DNA of 17,015 bases, taken from positions 1 to 17,015 of the IMG/VR virus record IMGVR_UViG_2737471853_000007; one strand, 5' to 3'. The translations under genes were made by a program, and so were the position numbers. Positions 14,588 to 17,015 of this stretch are shown here, piece by piece. Under the pieces are notes generated by a model. It had not been told where the DNA came from. It made no database searches and was given only the letters and a program-made list of their open reading frames with translations. Position 1 is the first letter of the stretch. Every line of letters starts with the position of its first letter. The stretch is from a virus. Taxonomy: Duplodnaviria > Heunggongvirae > Uroviricota > Caudoviricetes.

Positions 14588-14676
14588 GTGCGGTGCGGGA
14601 AGCTATCTAAACTTCACACATAACTTAAAGAATCCGGTGCCGAAAACTCGCGTTCTAAGCTGGGCTGCCGGAGTAC

Positions 14677-14760
14677 CTTAATTAGTAATTTAACTTAATT
14701 AGCTTGCTTAAAAATACTTACATTCTATTTTACATTAGCATTATTACAATGTTATATTAA
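14677..14760 (+). promoter_or_regulatory. Putative promoter/operator region upstream of the DUF3800 gene
   Basis: 9-bp direct repeat CTTAATTAG at 14677-14685 and 14693-14701, immediately upstream of a -35-like TTGCTT (14704-14709) and a -10-like TATTTT about 16 bp downstream. The AT-rich context makes the exact promoter assignment uncertain. Confidence 0.3.
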
Positions 14761-14766
14761 TAGCAC

Positions 14767-15921
14767 ATGCACATTGTAGCTCATAAAGGAATGACCAAAT
14801 TGGTAAAGAATGTATATTTCGATGAATCAGGATTCACTGGTAATAACTTACTTTCAAAAGATCAGCCTTTTTTTAGTTACGCAGCAGTCGTGACTGATGA
14901 TGAGGAAAGTAAACAGTTTGTTGATTATATAATAAACAAGTACTCGATCGCAGCCGAAGAGCTAAAAGGTAGCACTCTCGTAAATAGCAAGAGATTTCAA
15001 CCAGCCGTAGATGAAATACTTAATCATTTCCGTGGTCGTATGCGTGTGGTTGTAAACGAAAAAAAATATGCCCTCTCAGGAAAATTCTTCGAATATATTT
15101 TTGAGCCAGTATTAGCAGCTAAAAGCTCAATTTTTTACAACCTTAAATTTCACCTATTCATCTCAAATATAATGTATTTTTCTTTAATAGCTAAGGATGA
15201 ATATTCAGAACTATTACATTCGCGATTTGAAGATTTTTCACGAGGTAAAATATTGGTTAATAGTTTTATCGAACCAGTTGTTGGTTCTAAAAATTCTGAA
15301 ATTATGATGGACATTCATGATTTCGCCAAGAATAACATCTCTATAATTGAAGAAGAATATGAAGGCCTTGAGGGTACTGGGATTGATAAGTGGTTATTAG
15401 ATTTGACAACGACTTCTCTTTATAATCTCCTGTGCGATATGAGTAGTAAGTTTGGTACATTGAGAGCTATATGCGACAGCTCAAAACCATTAATTACTCA
15501 TCAGGACTCATTCAATGAGATGATAGGCAATGATGAGATTGTGTTCGAGACTTTTCATGATAAAAAAATCCCGATCACATTTAAGCTATCTGAGCCAATG
15601 ATTCTTTCTGATTCTAAAGTCACGCATGGTATACAAATTGCGGATGTGGTAGCTGCGGCTAGCATTTATGTCCTTAACAAGAAAAAATCGAAAGAAAAAT
15701 ATCATTCTAAATGGCTAAATCATTTTGAAGATGAGATTTTTTATTGGCAGTGCTGTGTTGTTCCCACACCAGAAAACCTTGACCCTAAAAATGTTAACAA
15801 CCATTTAAATAGATATATTTTGCAAGAAATTGCAGAGCGAAGCAGAAACTCAACTCCTGTTTTAGATGATATTGAGAAGGATATAATAAGAATTTCCAGA
15901 ACATTAGCCATGCTACGTTGA
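14767..15921 (+). CDS. DUF3800-family protein (function unknown)
   Basis: 384-aa ORF with both signature motifs recalled for DUF3800: N-terminal DES (VYFDESGFTG) and C-terminal QxxD (THGIQIADVVAAA), within the family length range. The start is uncertain: the ATG at 14767 has no SD, and the alternatives are ATG at 14791 or in-frame TTG at 14800, 9 nt after AAAGGA. Confidence 0.75.
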   Translation: MHIVAHKGMTKLVKNVYFDESGFTGNNLLSKDQPFFSYAAVVTDDEESKQFVDYIINKYSIAAEELKGSTLVNSKRFQPAVDEILNHFRGRMRVVVNEKKYALSGKFFEYIFEPVLAAKSSIFYNLKFHLFISNIMYFSLIAKDEYSELLHSRFEDFSRGKILVNSFIEPVVGSKNSEIMMDIHDFAKNNISIIEEEYEGLEGTGIDKWLLDLTTTSLYNLLCDMSSKFGTLRAICDSSKPLITHQDSFNEMIGNDEIVFETFHDKKIPITFKLSEPMILSDSKVTHGIQIADVVAAASIYVLNKKKSKEKYHSKWLNHFEDEIFYWQCCVVPTPENLDPKNVNNHLNRYILQEIAERSRNSTPVLDDIEKDIIRISRTLAMLR

Positions 15922-15931
15922 AATATATATT

Positions 15932-15961
15932 CTCATGCTGTTTTATCAATAACAGCATGAG
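15932..15961. terminator. Putative bidirectional hairpin between convergent DUF3800 and lipoprotein genes
   Basis: 11-bp perfect inverted repeat CTCATGCTGTT (15932-15942) / AACAGCATGAG (15951-15961) with an 8-nt loop, 11 bp after the DUF3800 stop. Flanks are AT-rich on both sides. Confidence 0.5.
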
Positions 15962-16033
15962 GGTATTATATATTATTTAATTTTTCATCATGCCACATAC
16001 ACTTAATAATTCTATCTCTTTGATTTTTGTTTA

Positions 16034-16306
16034 TTATCTATATTGATGCATTTTTTTAATTCTTTCCTCTCGTATATGGCATGTAGTACTGCCATTGTCC
16101 ACCTGGTAAATCGGATTGTAGGTGCGGCCACAATCACTCTGGAACTGAGGCCGGTAGTACTTCACCCCGTTTCGTGTGCCAGCGTCGAACAGTACTATTG
16201 TAGCCTTGTTATCAACGTTGCCGACAAAGGCTTTATCCATGAATGAGTGATGTACGCTGCCGCAGCCTGTGAGCAGTACTACCAACATGACGATTAGTAT
16301 TTTCAT
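16034..16306 (-). CDS. Small lipoprotein (signal peptide with lipobox LTGC)
   Basis: The track ORF starts at 16342, but the internal ATG at 16306 gives MKILIVMLVVLLTGCGS..., a classic lipoprotein signal peptide with lipobox. SD AGGGA lies about 9 nt upstream, and the start is 10 bp after the upstream gene stop (TAG at 16317-16319). Mature part is about 70 aa with two further Cys. Confidence 0.6.
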   Translation of the reverse strand: MKILIVMLVVLLTGCGSVHHSFMDKAFVGNVDNKATIVLFDAGTRNGVKYYRPQFQSDCGRTYNPIYQVDNGSTTCHIREERIKKMHQYR

Positions 16307-16316
16307 TGTTATATCC

Positions 16317-16826
16317 CTATAGAAGTTGTTCGCATTGTTCAAAGCGGATTGGCCTGTACTCTCCCTGTACTGCCCATACCCCCGACTCTCGTAAAATCCT
16401 GTGATTTCGATTGCTGCTGACTTGTACGATCACCTTGTCGCAGTACTGCATGATGTTATTGATGAGTACCGGGAAGATCAGCCGCTCTATGTGTTCTTCA
16501 GTGAACCGTCTATTTAGTCGAACTAAGTCGTAACCGTCCGTTAGCAGTGGTTCAGCAGCCATGTACCGTATGAATGGTAGATCTTCATAGCGTGTACCTG
16601 TGCCAGTACTGAGCACGCACAACAGCCCCTTTTCTTTGAACCATGCGGCTTTACCCTGAATCATTCTTAACTGGTTCTGATAGACCACGTGACGGATATA
16701 TTCACTTTCTTTTCCTGCCCCCATCAGTACCTGGCAACCGTTTATCAGTACACGGGTTTCCAGCTCTACGCCGAGTAACATACCGTCCAATGAAGTGATC
16801 GGAATTGCCCAATGTTCGAGTTTCAT
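16317..16826 (-). CDS. Hypothetical protein with degenerate EAL-like (YdiV-like) features
   Basis: 169-aa ORF. LLGVELETRVL resembles the EAL signature region (E. coli YdiV: LVGVELITHF, as recalled), LSTGTGTRYEDL resembles the DDFGTGYSS region, and C-terminal VWAVQGEY resembles the QGY(LF) motif. It is shorter than a full EAL domain, so the assignment is weak. Confidence 0.35.
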   Translation of the reverse strand: MKLEHWAIPITSLDGMLLGVELETRVLINGCQVLMGAGKESEYIRHVVYQNQLRMIQGKAAWFKEKGLLCVLSTGTGTRYEDLPFIRYMAAEPLLTDGYDLVRLNRRFTEEHIERLIFPVLINNIMQYCDKVIVQVSSNRNHRILRESGVWAVQGEYRPIRFEQCEQLL

Positions 16827-16950
16827 GTTGATCTCTCAGTTGTCATAACTGATTGATAATTGATCATTTTTAACCATTGATCAAATTAAAATGATCGATA
16901 ATTACATTTCTACCGTTTTTAGTGGTAAGTATTTTGATGGCTGGATCTGT
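16827..16950 (-). promoter_or_regulatory. GATC-rich upstream region with repeated TTGATCA-like motifs
   Basis: Five GATC sites in about 120 bp (16830-16833, 16862-16865, 16879-16882, 16893-16896, 16944-16947), embedded in repeated ATTGAT(C)A motifs (GATTGATAATTGATCATTTTTAACCATTGATCAAATTAAAATGATCGATAATT) directly upstream of the start codon at 16826. Confidence 0.3.
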
Positions 16951-17015
16951 GCGAAATGTGATGCAATACTGTATGGATAACCAGTATTAATGTAGTGTAA
17001 ATAGACCCGTTTTAG

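Noticed and set aside
14588-14700. Possible tRNA 3' fragment or att core in the GC-rich island
   Set aside because: No T-arm-like GGTTCGAATCC motif or CCA-proximal acceptor sequence could be recognised. It is kept only as a low-interest finding.
16034-16342. Long form of the lipoprotein ORF starting at 16342
   Set aside because: It would overlap the upstream gene by 26 bp. The internal ATG at 16306 produces a canonical lipoprotein signal peptide and has an SD.

Overview
Low-GC window (about 38% GC by eye) dominated by a lambda-like siphovirus late/structural operon on the minus strand, running 13985 -> 768: small terminase (Nu1-like), large terminase (GpA family), a small ORF, portal, a fused prohead protease-scaffold-HK97-fold major capsid protein, two small neck ORFs, a tail-fiber protein whose N-terminus is a paralog of the major tail protein, the major tail protein, G/GT tail assembly chaperones with a canonical -1 frameshift site, and the tape measure protein. 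Three plus-strand ORFs sit outside this operon and are compositionally distinct: a predicted 3-TM membrane protein (122-760) convergent on the tape measure gene, and a two-gene cassette (14024-15921) divergent from terS that encodes a small protein with a PD-(D/E)xK-like motif and a DUF3800-family protein. This cassette is the best candidate for an undescribed accessory or defence module. The right end carries a lipoprotein and a degenerate EAL-like protein on the minus strand, preceded by a GATC-rich upstream region. I found no rRNA, tRNA, CRISPR array, integrase or transposase. All calls rest on reading the six-frame translations and the DNA by eye; no database search was run.
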